DNA from: Candidatus Foliamicus sp. | GTDB lineage: Bacteria > Pseudomonadota > Gammaproteobacteria > Steroidobacterales > Foliamicaceae | Assembly (NCBI GenBank): GCA_965221325.1 | Contig: OZ244880.1 | Direction: 5' to 3' (one strand) | Length of the DNA stretch: 64,000 nt | Shown: in pieces, positions 39,611-51,371 of the stretch | Layout of the letters: the number at the start of each line of letters is the position of its first letter | How positions within the stretch are numbered: position 1 is the stretch's first letter | Notes under the pieces: generated by a model | Told to the model about the DNA's origin: nothing | Database searches by the model: none | Seen by the model: only the letters and a program-made list of their open reading frames with translations | Position numbers and translations under genes: made by a program

Positions 39611-40326
39611 TGTCGCGCTTCCTCTTCGCTGATGCGGCCATCGAGCAGTGCCTTGCCGGACACCGCGGCGGCCACGCCGGTTTCCGCCAGCGCCTTGAGA
39701 TCGCCGGCGCTCGAAACGCCGCCGGAGGCAATGACGAATGCCTGCGGCGCATGGCGCGCGCAGCGCGCATAGAGCTCCGTATTGGGTCCGCCGAGCATGC
39801 CGTCGCGCGTCACGTCGGTACAGAGAAACCAGACCACGCCCTGTTCCTGCAGCCGATCCATCAGCTTCCACAGAGAGCGTCCGCTGCTACGGGTCCAGCC
39901 TCGGGTCAGCACTTCGGGTTCGGGACCCGGGCGCACGTCCAGAGCCGCCACCAGGCGGTCGGCGCCGTGCTCCTTGATCCAGCGGCGGGCGCGCTGCGGC
40001 TCTTCGGCCAGCGCGCTGCCGGCAACTGCGCGCCGCGCGCCGCTGGCCAACACCGATACGAGGGTTTCATCGTCGCGGATGCCGCCGCCCACTTGCACGG
40101 CCAGGGGCGTTTCGCGCGCCACCCGCTCTATGGCCGCGGCGTTTTCGCGCCGCCCCGAGCGGGCGCCGTCGAGGTCCACGGTATGCAGGCTGCGCGCCCC
40201 CAGGGTCGCCCATCTCCGGGCCAATTCGAGCGGTGTCTCCGCATAGAAGGTGGGGTCGCGAAAGCGTCCTTGGCGCAGGCGCACGACCCGGCCGCCCATC
40301 AAGTCTATGGCCGGGATCAACTCCAC
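39592..40326 (-). CDS. hisA: ProFAR isomerase
   Basis: [22 protein letters not shown]...VQVGGGIR... 244 aa. 19-nt overlap with the hisF start. Confidence 0.93.
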   Translation of the reverse strand: MELIPAIDLMGGRVVRLRQGRFRDPTFYAETPLELARRWATLGARSLHTVDLDGARSGRRENAAAIERVARETPLAVQVGGGIRDDETLVSVLASGARRAVAGSALAEEPQRARRWIKEHGADRLVAALDVRPGPEPEVLTRGWTRSSGRSLWKLMDRLQEQGVVWFLCTDVTRDGMLGGPNTELYARCARHAPQAFVIASGGVSSAGDLKALAETGVAAAVSGKALLDGRISEEEARQCWRGE

Positions 40327-40389
40327 GCTATGAGCCCAGGAACGCCGCGCCGACGGAATAGGGCGGGACGCCCGCTGTATTGCGCGTTC

Positions 40390-41013
40390 TCACAAACCGT
40401 TTGCCGGTTGCATGCATTGTGGGCCAAGAAAGTTGCCGAGCACGAGCTGGCCATCCTCGCCCGATCTTTCGGGGTGGAACTGCACGCCAAAGAAGTTGTT
40501 TCTGTGTACCACCGAGGCGAATGGCGCGCCATGCTCGGTGACCCCGATGCAGTCGCCTTCGGCACGCGCCGCGTAGCTATGCACGAAGTAGAACCATGCA
40601 CTGCCGCGCACGCCGTCGAGCAGCGGTGATGTGCGGCGCTGGGTGACCTGGTTCCAACCCATGTGCGGTATGGCGTGCTCGCGCGAGGCCTGCAGCCGGT
40701 CAACCTGTCCCGGGATTACCCCTAGGCAGGGCGTGTTGTCTTCGCTGGAGCGGTCGAACAGTAGCTGCATGCCCAGGCAGATGCCGAGCACGGGTTGCTT
40801 GAGGCGCGGGATCAGCCTTTCCAGCCCCGCTTCCCGCAATCTGGCCATGCCCGCCCCCGCGGCGCCTACGCCGGGAAGAACGACGCGCCCGGCGTTTTCG
40901 ATGTCCCCGGCGTCGCGGGTCAGTGCGGCGTCCACGCCAAGACGCTGGAGGGCGAAGCGCAGTGATGCGATGTTGGCCCCGCCGCAGTCCACCAGGGCCA
41001 CCTCGGCGCTCAC
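40390..41013 (-). CDS. hisH: Imidazole glycerol phosphate synthase glutaminase subunit
   Basis: In-frame GTG 41013 (GTGA overlap with the hisB stop). VALVDCGGANIASL...GICLGMQLL...FHPERSG. 207 aa. Confidence 0.93.
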   Translation of the reverse strand: MSAEVALVDCGGANIASLRFALQRLGVDAALTRDAGDIENAGRVVLPGVGAAGAGMARLREAGLERLIPRLKQPVLGICLGMQLLFDRSSEDNTPCLGVIPGQVDRLQASREHAIPHMGWNQVTQRRTSPLLDGVRGSAWFYFVHSYAARAEGDCIGVTEHGAPFASVVHRNNFFGVQFHPERSGEDGQLVLGNFLGPQCMQPANGL

Positions 41014-42077
41014 AGCAAGCCCTTGGTGCTCGGGATATCGCCTCCCTCGCGCGCAATCGCTTTCTTGAGTGCGCGGCCAACGGCCTTGAAGCAGGACTCG
41101 ATCATGTGGTGGGCATTGTCGCCGCGCACACGAATGTGCAGCGTGGCGCCGCTGGCTTCGGTCAGCGAACGGAAGAAGTGCTCGACCAGCTCGGTCGGGA
41201 GTCCACCCACACGCTCGCGAGGAAAACTGCCCTTGAAACGCAACCACGGACGGCCGGAAAGATCAAGCAGCACCTTGGCGCTGGCCTCGTCCATGGGCAG
41301 CTCGAACGCGAACCGCCCTATGCCGCGCCGATCGCCCAGCGCTTCCTTCAGCGCCGCTCCTAGAGCCAGCGCACAGTCTTCCACGGTGTGGTGCTCGTCC
41401 ACTTCCAGGTCGCCCTCGCAGTGCAGCGTCAGTGCGAACGCTCCATGCTTCGCCAGTTGCTCGAGCATGTGGTCGAAGAAACCGATGCCGGTAGCCACGT
41501 CCGCCGCCGTCGGCGCGTCCAGGTCTATTTCGACCCGGATGCTGGTCTCGCGCGTGGTGCGCTCGGTGCGCCCGATGCGTGGTGCATCGACGATCTGGCG
41601 GGCGATCCGATTCCAGCTATCTGGATCGGCGGCATCGACCAGAAAGCCGCGTACGCCCAGGTTTTCGGCGAAGGCAAGGTCGGTGTCGCGGTCGCCGATC
41701 ATTACGCTGGCAGCGCGATCTACACGCCGCTCACTCATAAAGGCGTTGACCAGCCCGGTGAGCGGCTTGCGGCAATCGCAGCCCTCGCCGGGCCGATGGG
41801 GGCAGACGAATACCTCGGAGAACTGGATGCCTTGAGAAGCAAGCAGTTCGATCAGGAAATCGTGCGGAACGCGGTAAGTCTCCATCGGGAAGGTTTCGCT
41901 GCCCAGTCCGTCCTGGTTGCTCACTATCACCAGTTCGAACCCCGCGTCGCGCAGCCGCCCCAGCGCCGGAATCACGCCTTGCGCCAAGCGCAGCTTGTTC
42001 AGGCTATCGACCTGCTCGTCGGGCGGCTCCAGGATCAGCGTGCCGTCGCGGTCGATGAAGGCGATGCGCGCGCTCAT
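41010..42077 (-). CDS. hisB: Bifunctional histidinol-phosphatase / imidazoleglycerol-phosphate dehydratase
   Basis: N-terminal HAD phosphatase FIDRDGTL...CDCRKP. C-terminal IGPD GFFDHML...HHMIES. 355 aa. Confidence 0.95.
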   Translation of the reverse strand: MSARIAFIDRDGTLILEPPDEQVDSLNKLRLAQGVIPALGRLRDAGFELVIVSNQDGLGSETFPMETYRVPHDFLIELLASQGIQFSEVFVCPHRPGEGCDCRKPLTGLVNAFMSERRVDRAASVMIGDRDTDLAFAENLGVRGFLVDAADPDSWNRIARQIVDAPRIGRTERTTRETSIRVEIDLDAPTAADVATGIGFFDHMLEQLAKHGAFALTLHCEGDLEVDEHHTVEDCALALGAALKEALGDRRGIGRFAFELPMDEASAKVLLDLSGRPWLRFKGSFPRERVGGLPTELVEHFFRSLTEASGATLHIRVRGDNAHHMIESCFKAVGRALKKAIAREGGDIPSTKGLL

Positions 42078-43135
42078 GTCGAGGCCCGCAATACGGCAAG
42101 CAGGCCGTCGTTCTGTTCCGGTGTGCCGAGCGTTATGCGGACGCAGGATTCGAGCCCCGGTTCATCGGGAATCCGGCGCAGCAGATAGCCGCCTGCGCGC
42201 GCCGCAGCGGCAAAGTGGTCGGCGTCCGCAACCTGCATCAGCAGAAAGTTCGTCTGGCTGGGATAGACGGCCCGCACCTGCGGAAGCTCGGCAAACAGTT
42301 GGCCCAGCCGCTCGCGTTCGCCAACGATGGTTGCCACGCGGCGGCGTGTTCGCTCCTGCGGGCCGGGCTCCAGGGCCCGGAGAACGGCGTGTTCGCAGAG
42401 GGAGGGAAAGCTGTAAGGAGATTGCACCCGGCGCATCAGATCGATGATTTCCGGGCGCGCAATGATGGCGCCGCAGCGCACCGCGGCCAGGCCCAGCGCC
42501 TTGGACACGGTTCGCAGCACTACCACGTGCGGATATTCCGCGATCCAGTCGGCGCCGGGGCTCTGACCCGCAAACTCGGCGTAGGCCGCATCCAGCACCA
42601 CCAGCGACCGGCCGCGGGCAAATTCCACCAGCTCCCGCAGGTGGTCGGGGTCCATCAGGTTGCCGGTGGGGTTGTTGGGCGAACACAGCGCCAACAGCTT
42701 CACGTTCTTGCTCCAGGCTGCCTTCAGGGCCGGCACGTCCAGCGCGAACCCGGCCTCGGCGCGCAGCGGCACTTCGATCAGCTTCACCCCTTGTAAATGA
42801 CCGTACCAGCGATACATCTCGAACGAAGGAGGGCAGAAAAGGACGGCGTCCTGCCGAGCTTCGCAGAAGCCGCGGTAGAGGCAGTCGATGCCTTCGCTGC
42901 TGCCTCTGGTGATCGAGATTTCGCTGGCTTTCACGCCGTAATGCGCGGCCAAACGCTCGGTCAGGGCCTCCGGATAGAGCAGAGGGTAGAAGTTGAGATT
43001 TCCCGGCGCTGGGTCGTAGTCCTGCGGCCAGGGCAGTTCATTGGCATGCAGCCGCGCGAGACTGGGCGTGGTCGGCGCCTGATAGGCGCGCCCCGCCCGC
43101 ACCGCGTCCCTGGCCAGCGACGTGACCCAGCTCAT
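42074..43135 (-). CDS. hisC: Histidinol-phosphate aminotransferase
   Basis: In-frame ATG 43135: MSWVTSLARDAVRAGRAYQAP...LHANELPW...SPNNPTGN...TVSKALGLA. ATGA overlap with the hisB start. Confidence 0.92.
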   Translation of the reverse strand: MSWVTSLARDAVRAGRAYQAPTTPSLARLHANELPWPQDYDPAPGNLNFYPLLYPEALTERLAAHYGVKASEISITRGSSEGIDCLYRGFCEARQDAVLFCPPSFEMYRWYGHLQGVKLIEVPLRAEAGFALDVPALKAAWSKNVKLLALCSPNNPTGNLMDPDHLRELVEFARGRSLVVLDAAYAEFAGQSPGADWIAEYPHVVVLRTVSKALGLAAVRCGAIIARPEIIDLMRRVQSPYSFPSLCEHAVLRALEPGPQERTRRRVATIVGERERLGQLFAELPQVRAVYPSQTNFLLMQVADADHFAAAARAGGYLLRRIPDEPGLESCVRITLGTPEQNDGLLAVLRAST

Positions 43136-43139
43136 GTCG

Positions 43140-44462
43140 TTACTCAAGAAGGGAACCTTCGGCTGCACAGCGGGCCTCGGCGGCGCGCGCGTGCGCTTCC
43201 AGGCCTTCGATCCGAGCCAGGACGGCGACCGCCCCGGCAATGGAGTCCAATCCTTCGCGCGTCAGTTCCTGCACGCTGATGCGCTTGTGAAAGTCGGTCA
43301 GCGACAGGCCGCTGGCCCAGCGGGCGCTGCCATAGGTGGGTAGCACGTGGTTGGCGCCATTGCAGTAATCGCCGCTGGATTCGGGCGACCATGGTCCCAG
43401 GAAAACGGCGCCGGCATGCCTGATGTCCGCCAGCAGGGTGCGCGGCTGGGCGACTTGCAGCAACAGGTGCTCAGGCGCGTAGCGATTTGCGACTTCTACC
43501 GCCGTTTGCAAGGAGTCCACGATCAGCAGGGCCCCGGCCGCGAGAGATTTCTCCAGCACGGCGCGGCGCGGCAGGCTGCGAAGCTGGCGCGCGATCTGTT
43601 CCTGCACCTGTTCCGCCAACTGGCGGTCCAGGCAAAGGAGCAGCACGTGAGCGTCCTCGCCGTGTTCGGCCTGGCTCAGCAAGTCCAGGGCAACGAACTG
43701 CGGCTCGGCGGTCTTGTCGGCGATCACCATCGCCTCGGTGGGCCCGGCCGGCAGGTCCTGGGCCGGTCCTCCGGCTTCCATTGCGGCCTGTCTCTTGGCT
43801 GCGGCGACCCAGCGGTTTCCGGGACCGAACAGCTTGTCAACGCGCGGTACGGTCTCCGTGCCATAGGCCATGGCGGCGATTGCTTGCGCGCCTCCGAGCT
43901 TGAATACGCGATGCACATCGCAGCGCTGTGCCGCATACAACACTGCGGGATTGGCGTTGCCGTGCGCATCCGGGGGCGTGCACAGAATGCGCAGCGGGCA
44001 ACCGGCGAGCTGCGCCGGAGCGGCGAGCATCAGCGCGGTCGAGGGCAGGGGCGCGCTGCCGGCGGGGACGTAGAGGCCGACTGCCTGCAGAGGCTGATGC
44101 CGCTGTTCACAAACGATGCCCGGCACCGGCTCCACGCGGCTGTCTGCGGGTTGCTGCGCGACGTGGCAGGCGCGAATGTTCGCCAGAGCCGTGTGGATGG
44201 CCGCGCGCGCTTCCGGCGTCAGCGAGTCGCCGGCCCGGCGAAGCTCTTCATCGCTGACTTCGAGCGCTTGCAGTTGGGCGCCATCCAGCTCCGCCTCCAG
44301 GCGCAGCAGCGCGGCGTCACCACCCTCGCGCACCTCGCGCATGATGGCGCGCACACGCGTTTCCAGTTCCGGGTCGGCCGGCGCCGCCGGACGCGCCAGC
44401 ACCGCCGCGCGCTCCGCCTCGCCAAGCGCTTCCCATTCCAGCAGCGGCGGCAGCATCTGCAT
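43140..44462 (-). CDS. hisD: Histidinol dehydrogenase
   Basis: In-frame ATG 44462 (TGATG, 1-nt overlap with the hisG stop). ...GLYVPAGSAPLPST...SQAEHGEDA...GDYCNGANHVLPT. 440 aa. The track ORF is extended through hisG. Confidence 0.93.
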   Translation of the reverse strand: MQMLPPLLEWEALGEAERAAVLARPAAPADPELETRVRAIMREVREGGDAALLRLEAELDGAQLQALEVSDEELRRAGDSLTPEARAAIHTALANIRACHVAQQPADSRVEPVPGIVCEQRHQPLQAVGLYVPAGSAPLPSTALMLAAPAQLAGCPLRILCTPPDAHGNANPAVLYAAQRCDVHRVFKLGGAQAIAAMAYGTETVPRVDKLFGPGNRWVAAAKRQAAMEAGGPAQDLPAGPTEAMVIADKTAEPQFVALDLLSQAEHGEDAHVLLLCLDRQLAEQVQEQIARQLRSLPRRAVLEKSLAAGALLIVDSLQTAVEVANRYAPEHLLLQVAQPRTLLADIRHAGAVFLGPWSPESSGDYCNGANHVLPTYGSARWASGLSLTDFHKRISVQELTREGLDSIAGAVAVLARIEGLEAHARAAEARCAAEGSLLE

Positions 44463-45367
44463 CAGAGCATCTTCTCCACGGGCAGCACCAGCACCGAGCT
44501 GGCGCCGGCGTCCTTGAGCGCTTCCAGTGTTTCCCAGAAGATGCTTTCGCGGCACACGGCATGAACCGCGACGCGGTCTTCGCGGCCTTCCAGGCCCATG
44601 ATGGTGGGAGACTCGGAGCCGGGTAGCAATTCCGCGATGCGCTGCAGCGCCGCGCGCGGGGCATGCAGCATGATGTACTTGGTTTCGCGCGCCTGCATCA
44701 CGCCGTCGATGCGGCGCATCAGCAGGCTTACCCATTCCTGGCGCGCCGCTGGCGGCTGCGCCGGACACACGAGCAGTGTGGCCTGGCTTTCGAGCACCGT
44801 CTCGCCTTCGTCGAGTTGGTTGGCCGCCAGGGTCTTGCCGCTGGACACAAGGTCGCAAATCGCCTCCGCTCGGCCGAGACGCGGGGCCAGTTCCACCGCC
44901 CCGGAAAATGGAATGATCTCGGCGCCGACGCCTGCCTGTTCGAGAAAGTGCCGGGTGAGCCGCGGGTAGCTGGTCGCTACCCGCAATCCGTCGAGGTCCG
45001 CTATCGCGGATGCCGAGCTGTCCCGCGGATAGGCCATCGCCAGCCGGCAGCCGCCGAAACCGAGGCGGCGCGCAGCGCGCGGCGCCGGTTCGTCCGCGCC
45101 CAGCCCCAAGCGCTGCTCCTCGGCCACGTTCATGCCGACAATGCCCAGGTCGCAGGCGCCTTCGCGCACCAGGCCGGGTATCTCGTCGTCGCGCACCAGC
45201 AGGATGTCCACCGGCATGTTTTCGGCCACCGCCAGCAACTGGTCGGCGCCGCGCGTCAGCCGCAGGCCACAGCGCGTCAGCAGCGCGAGCGAGTGGTCGG
45301 TGAGGCGGCCGGACTTCTGCACCGCGATCTGCACCCGCTCGCTGCGCTTCCACGTGGCGGCGTTCAT
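44462..45367 (-). CDS. hisG: ATP phosphoribosyltransferase, long form
   Basis: In-frame ATG 45367 (TGATG, 1-nt overlap with the leuB stop). MNAATWKRSERVQIAVQKSGRL...DLVSSGKTLAAN... 301 aa, including the C-terminal regulatory domain. Confidence 0.92.
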   Translation of the reverse strand: MNAATWKRSERVQIAVQKSGRLTDHSLALLTRCGLRLTRGADQLLAVAENMPVDILLVRDDEIPGLVREGACDLGIVGMNVAEEQRLGLGADEPAPRAARRLGFGGCRLAMAYPRDSSASAIADLDGLRVATSYPRLTRHFLEQAGVGAEIIPFSGAVELAPRLGRAEAICDLVSSGKTLAANQLDEGETVLESQATLLVCPAQPPAARQEWVSLLMRRIDGVMQARETKYIMLHAPRAALQRIAELLPGSESPTIMGLEGREDRVAVHAVCRESIFWETLEALKDAGASSVLVLPVEKML

Positions 45368-46434
45368 CAGGAGCGCCCGCCCATGCGGTCGAGCACGGCC
45401 TCCGTGAATTGGGTCGTGGAGGCGGCGGGTCCGTCGCCGGCGATGTCGGCAGTGCGCACACCGTCCGCGACCGTCGCAGCCACGGCCGCTTCGATTTCGC
45501 GCGCGGCATCCGACGCCTGCAGGCTCAGATCGCACATCATCGCCACCGACAGGAGCATGCCGCAGGGGTTGGCGGCATCCCGCCCGGCAATATCCGGCGC
45601 GCTGCCGTGGATGGGTTCGTAGAGCCCGCGCCCGCCGTCGCCTATCGACGCCGACGGCGCCATGCCGAGCGATCCGGTCAGGACCGATGCCTCATCGGTG
45701 AGGATGTCTCCGAACATGTTTTCGGTGACCAGCACGTCGAAGCTCGCGGCACTGGTTAGCAGGCGCATGGCCGCGGCGTCCACGAGCAGATGCTCAAGTT
45801 GGAGGTCGGGGAATTCATCGGCCACGACCTCTGACGTTACCGAGCGCCAGAGTCGCGACGTGGCCAGCACGTTGGCCTTGTCGATCAAACAGAGCCGGCC
45901 GCGGCGGCGCTGAGCCAGGCGCGCGGCGTAGCGCACTATGCGCGTGATTTCCTCGCGGCTATAGGTGCACAAATCGGTGGCCGTGTCGCCACCCTCGCGC
46001 TTTTCGCCGAAGTAGATGCCGCCCGTCAGTTCGCGTACCACGATCAGATCCACGCCGGCCAGATTCCGCTCGCGCAGCGGTGAGGCCTCGCAGGCGCCCG
46101 CTAGCGGTTGAATCGGCCGCAGGTTGGCATACACGCCCAGCAGGGCGCGCAGGTCCAGGAGCCCCTGTTCGGGGCGTACTGCCGGATCGGACGGCGGCGG
46201 TCCCGGCACGCCTACGGCTCCCAGCAGTACTGCGTCCGCGTCCATGCACAGGTCTCGCGTTGCGGGGGGAAAAGGCGCGCCCAGCGCCTTGAGCGCGGCG
46301 CCGCCGAAGGGCGCCTCTTCTATTTTCAGGTCAAGCGTGTGGCGGGCAGCGACGCGGCGCAGCACAGCCAGACCCGCGCGCATGACCTCCGGCCCGATTC
46401 CGTCGCCGGGCAATACGGCAATGAGGGACGCCAA
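45367..46434 (-). CDS. leuB: 3-isopropylmalate dehydrogenase
   Basis: IAVLPGDGIGPEV...NLRP...VRELTGGIYFG...NMFGDILTDEAS. 355 aa. Confidence 0.95.
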   Translation of the reverse strand: MASLIAVLPGDGIGPEVMRAGLAVLRRVAARHTLDLKIEEAPFGGAALKALGAPFPPATRDLCMDADAVLLGAVGVPGPPPSDPAVRPEQGLLDLRALLGVYANLRPIQPLAGACEASPLRERNLAGVDLIVVRELTGGIYFGEKREGGDTATDLCTYSREEITRIVRYAARLAQRRRGRLCLIDKANVLATSRLWRSVTSEVVADEFPDLQLEHLLVDAAAMRLLTSAASFDVLVTENMFGDILTDEASVLTGSLGMAPSASIGDGGRGLYEPIHGSAPDIAGRDAANPCGMLLSVAMMCDLSLQASDAAREIEAAVAATVADGVRTADIAGDGPAASTTQFTEAVLDRMGGRS

Positions 46435-46437
46435 TCG

Positions 46438-47013
46438 CTATGCCCTCCGTTCTTCCCAAGCCTTGATGCGCTCCTCCTGCTGGAGCAGATAGCCGAGTTG
46501 ATCGACGCCATTCAACAGGCAATAGCGCGCAAACCGCTCGATTTCGAAGGCTGCCGGCGGGCCATGCGGTAATTCCACGCAAGTGCGTTCCAGGTCGATT
46601 ACGACTTCCGCGCCGGGGTTTTCCAGTAGCCAGCGGTGCGGTTGTGGCTCAATGACTACCGGAACGAAGCCGTTTTTCAGCGAATTGTTGCGGAAGATGT
46701 CCGCAATGCTGGTGCTGATCACGGCGCGCAGGCCGCTGTCGAGCAGGGCCCAGGGCGCGTGTTCGCGCGAGGAGCCGCAGCCGAAGTTGTCGCCCGCTAC
46801 CAGAATGGTGCGGCCCTGGTTTTCTTCGCGGTTGAGCGCGAAATCCGGGTTGGGCAGTCCATCCTTGGTGTAGCGCCAGTCGTGGAAGGCGGCCTCGCCC
46901 AGGCCGTCGCGTCCGGTGGTGGTGAGAAAGCGCGCCGGAATGATCTGGTCGGTGTCGATATTGTCGATATCGAGCACGATAGTGCGCGAAACGATGCGGG
47001 TGATCTTTTCCAT
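46438..47013 (-). CDS. leuD: 3-isopropylmalate dehydratase small subunit
   Basis: [14 protein letters not shown]...[17 protein letters not shown]. 191 aa. Confidence 0.95.
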   Translation of the reverse strand: MEKITRIVSRTIVLDIDNIDTDQIIPARFLTTTGRDGLGEAAFHDWRYTKDGLPNPDFALNREENQGRTILVAGDNFGCGSSREHAPWALLDSGLRAVISTSIADIFRNNSLKNGFVPVVIEPQPHRWLLENPGAEVVIDLERTCVELPHGPPAAFEIERFARYCLLNGVDQLGYLLQQEERIKAWEERRA

Positions 47014-47027
47014 GGTCGGCTAAGCCT

Positions 47028-48434
47028 TCACGGGTCCATCAGTTCGCGCGGATCCGCCACTTGCCCGCGAATGGCGGAAGCGGCGGCGGTAAGCGGGCTT
47101 GCCAGCACTGTGCGCGCTCCGGGCCCCTGGCGGCCCTCGAAATTCCGGTTGCTGGTGCTTACGCACAAACTGCCGGCGGCCACGGTGTCGCCGTTCATGC
47201 CTATGCACATCGAGCATCCCGACTCGCGCCACTCTGCGCCGGCGGCCAGAAATACTTCGTGCAGGCCCTCCGCCTCGGCTTCTCGCTTGACCTGCTGCGA
47301 GCCGGGAACGACCAGCATACGCGCGCCGTCGGCCACGCGCTGCCCGCGCATCAGTGCGGCCGCGGCGCGAAGATCGCTGATGCGGGAATTGGTGCAGCTT
47401 CCCAGGAAAACAATGTCCACGGCGCGCCCGAGCAGCGGCTTGCCGGGTTCCACGCCCATGTAGGCCAGGGCTTTGTCCACGGCCGGATTGCCGGTGCCGG
47501 GCACCGGCTCGTCGATTTGCGCCGACATCCCGGGGTTGGTGCCGTAGGTGACCATCGGTCGCAGGCCGCTTGCATCGAGGTCCACCTCGCGGTCGAACGT
47601 CACCTCGCCCTGGTCTTCCAGATTCCGCCAGCGCTTGAGCGCCGCATCCCAGGCCGCTCCTTGCGGCGCCATCGGACGACCGTGCAGCCACTCGTAGGTG
47701 GTGTCGTCGGGGGCCACCATGCCCGCCCGAGCGCCGGCCTCAATGCTCATGTTGCAAACGGTCATCCGCTGCTCCATGGAAAGCGCGCGGATGGTCTCGC
47801 CGCGGTATTGCAGCACCCGCCCGGTGCCGCCGCCCACCCCCAGCTTGCGGATGATGGCCAGCACCAAGTCCTTGGCGGTAACGCCCGGGCCCAGCTTGCC
47901 GCGCACGTTCACCGCCATGGCGCCCGGGCGCCGCTGCAGCAGGCATTGCGTGGCCAGGACATGGCCCACTTCGGTGGTGCCGATGCCGAAGGCGAGCGCG
48001 CCGAACGCGCCGTGCGTGCTGGTGTGACTGTCGCCGCAAACCACCGTGTGGCCGGGCCAGGTGGCGCCCAGTTCAGGGCCCACCACGTGTACGATGCCGC
48101 GCTCGGGACTATCGAGACCGCGTAGCTTCACGCCGAATTCCCGGCAGTTTTCGATCATGGCCCGCACTTGGCCTGCCGCCGCCGGCAGCGCCACTTTGTC
48201 CAGCTCTTCGAGCGTGGCCGCGGGTTCGGTGGGCGTCGAGTGGTCCATGGTGGCCAGGGTGCGGTCCAGCCGTCGCACGGGCAGGCCGCGTGTGCGCAGC
48301 ACGTCGAAGGCTTGCGGGGTAGTGACCTCGTGAATCAGGTGCAGGTCGATGTAGAGAACCGCCGGCGTATCCTCGGTTTCCGGCCTTACCTCGTGCTGGT
48401 CCCAGATCTTGGCGAGAAGCGTTTGTGCAGGCAT
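47028..48434 (-). CDS. leuC: 3-isopropylmalate dehydratase large subunit
   Basis: ATG 48434 ([16 protein letters not shown] aligns with the E. coli LeuC N-terminus). SD GGAGGA lies 8 nt upstream, inside the ilvE 3' end. Aconitase motifs VCGDSHT and GSCTNSR. Confidence 0.95.
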   Translation of the reverse strand: MPAQTLLAKIWDQHEVRPETEDTPAVLYIDLHLIHEVTTPQAFDVLRTRGLPVRRLDRTLATMDHSTPTEPAATLEELDKVALPAAAGQVRAMIENCREFGVKLRGLDSPERGIVHVVGPELGATWPGHTVVCGDSHTSTHGAFGALAFGIGTTEVGHVLATQCLLQRRPGAMAVNVRGKLGPGVTAKDLVLAIIRKLGVGGGTGRVLQYRGETIRALSMEQRMTVCNMSIEAGARAGMVAPDDTTYEWLHGRPMAPQGAAWDAALKRWRNLEDQGEVTFDREVDLDASGLRPMVTYGTNPGMSAQIDEPVPGTGNPAVDKALAYMGVEPGKPLLGRAVDIVFLGSCTNSRISDLRAAAALMRGQRVADGARMLVVPGSQQVKREAEAEGLHEVFLAAGAEWRESGCSMCIGMNGDTVAAGSLCVSTSNRNFEGRQGPGARTVLASPLTAAASAIRGQVADPRELMDP

Positions 48435-48438
48435 GGGT

Positions 48439-49377
48439 TCAGTCCTCCGCATCCATGCCCGGCACCGGTTCCAGCCAGCCGCGCGGGTCCTCGGTGCGGC
48501 CGTCGAAAAGGCCGAAGAAGGCGTCCTGCAAGGCCCGGGTCAGCTCGCCGGGTTTGCCATCGCCTATCGTTAGCCGGTCGAGACTGCGCACCGGGGTGAT
48601 TTCCGCGGCCGTGCCGGCCAGGAATACCTCGTCGGCGATATAGAGCACTTCCCTGGGCAGCGCCTCCTGAATCACGGTTATCCCCAGCCCGCGGGCCAGC
48701 TTGATGACCGTGTCGCGGGTGATGCCCGGCAGGATGGAGGCGGAGTAGGGCGGCGTGTAGAGCTTGCCGGCTACGGCCACGAACAGGTTCTCGCCGGCGC
48801 CTTCGCTGACCAGGCCGTCGTGGGTCATGGCCAGCCCCTCGACGTAGCCGTTCTGCTGCGCTTCCAGCGTCACCAGCACACTGGAAAGGTAGTTGCCCCC
48901 GGCCTTGGCCAGAGCGGGAATCGTGTTCGGCGCCACGCGCTGCCAGGACGTGCAGCAGACATCCACGCCGGCATCGGTGCCGCCCAGATAGGAGCCCCAC
49001 TTCCAGGCTGCCACGGCAACGTGCACGGGCACGTTTTCGGACGGCAGGATTCTCAGATCGCCGAAACCGCGAAAGGCGATCGGGCGAATATAGGCGCCCT
49101 CGGACAGTTGGTTCCTTGCTATGACCTGGTGGCAGGCGTCATTGATTTCATCTGGGCTGAAGGGAATATCAAGCCGGTAGATCTTTGCCGAGTTGAACAT
49201 GCGTCGGGTGTGCGCGCGCAGACGGAAGATGACCGGCCCCTTGTGGCTGGCGTAGCAGCGCACACCTTCGAACACCGAAGTGCCGTAATGCAGGGCGTGA
49301 CTCATCACGTGGGTCTGCGCTTCCATATACGGCTTCAACTCGCCGTCGTGCCAGATCCATTCGGGGTGTTCGCTCAT
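48439..49377 (-). CDS. ilvE: Branched-chain amino acid aminotransferase
   Basis: [19 protein letters not shown]...[10 protein letters not shown]...EGAGENLF...LPGITRD...[11 protein letters not shown] closely parallels E. coli IlvE. 312 aa. Confidence 0.95.
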   Translation of the reverse strand: MSEHPEWIWHDGELKPYMEAQTHVMSHALHYGTSVFEGVRCYASHKGPVIFRLRAHTRRMFNSAKIYRLDIPFSPDEINDACHQVIARNQLSEGAYIRPIAFRGFGDLRILPSENVPVHVAVAAWKWGSYLGGTDAGVDVCCTSWQRVAPNTIPALAKAGGNYLSSVLVTLEAQQNGYVEGLAMTHDGLVSEGAGENLFVAVAGKLYTPPYSASILPGITRDTVIKLARGLGITVIQEALPREVLYIADEVFLAGTAAEITPVRSLDRLTIGDGKPGELTRALQDAFFGLFDGRTEDPRGWLEPVPGMDAED

Positions 49378-49425
49378 GGCGTGGGGTCTCCAGCGCGGAA
49401 ACGGAAAAGCCGCAGGTTTGCGATT

Positions 49426-51009
<1,584 letters not shown>

Positions 51010-51042
51010 TTTTCTGCTCTCAAGAGGTTGACGTTTGCCCAT

Positions 51043-51082
51043 AAGAAAAAACCCCGCGACCGTGGTTCGGTTAGCGGGGTTT
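51043..51082 (-). terminator. Rho-independent terminator/attenuator immediately upstream of leuA
   Basis: Minus strand reads AAACCCCGC-TAACCGAACCACGGTC-GCGGGGTTTTTTCTT, followed by the leuA region. An upstream GCGGGGT (51127-51121) can pair with the 5' arm ACCCCGC as an antiterminator. Confidence 0.7.
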
Positions 51083-51105
51083 CGGATGTAGCGCTTTGAA
51101 GTTGC

Positions 51106-51216
51106 TCAGGCCTTGTCCTTACCCCGCGTTCGGTGCTCCGCAAGCAGCGCGAGCGCAAGCGCGCGCAGCCCGCCGGCGGGCGCGATAAGGTTGTGAATTG
51201 GCCGGACTATGTCCAT
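51106..51216 (-). CDS. Candidate leu leader peptide (36 aa, 6 Leu)
   Basis: My own translation: MDIVRPIHNLIAPAGGLRALALALLAEHRTRGKDKA. The Leu cluster LRALALALL sits 15-45 nt upstream of the antiterminator arm, and the stop lies just past it. Weakness: no SD, and the ATG is only about 2 nt from the predicted TSS. Confidence 0.4.
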   Translation of the reverse strand: MDIVRPIHNLIAPAGGLRALALALLAEHRTRGKDKA

Positions 51217-51224
51217 AGCCCGCG

Positions 51225-51252
51225 ATTATGCGCCTGGATGCCGCCATGTCAA
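51225..51252 (-). promoter_or_regulatory. Sigma-70-like promoter for the leu leader (TTGACA-16 nt-CATAAT)
   Basis: Read on the minus strand: TTGACA (51252-51247), 16-nt spacer, CATAAT (51230-51225). Confidence 0.4.
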
Positions 51253-51371
51253 GGCATGTGCAGCGGCCTCGGGGCTGATGCCGCCAAGAAAAATGTGCCA
51301 GCATGGCAACGCCACCGGATTGCTGCGCCGCGTGAGCCGCACCGTGCAGCTTTACCGCATGCCGCTTCAGT

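Noticed and set aside
44463-45509. Upstream extension of the hisD ORF (789 aa in the track), and similar extensions of hisF, hisH, hisC, hisG and lysAC (35465-35929)
   Set aside because: The extensions overlap the preceding genes in other frames and are Arg/Pro-rich. In each case the conserved N-terminus begins at an internal start codon that forms a 1-4 nt overlap with the upstream stop.
51283-51300. Sigma-54-like TGGCAC motif (minus strand TGGCACATTTTTCTTGGC) upstream of the leu leader
   Set aside because: The second element reads TTGG, not TTGC. Its spacing from the GG is 2 nt too long for the -24/-12 consensus.
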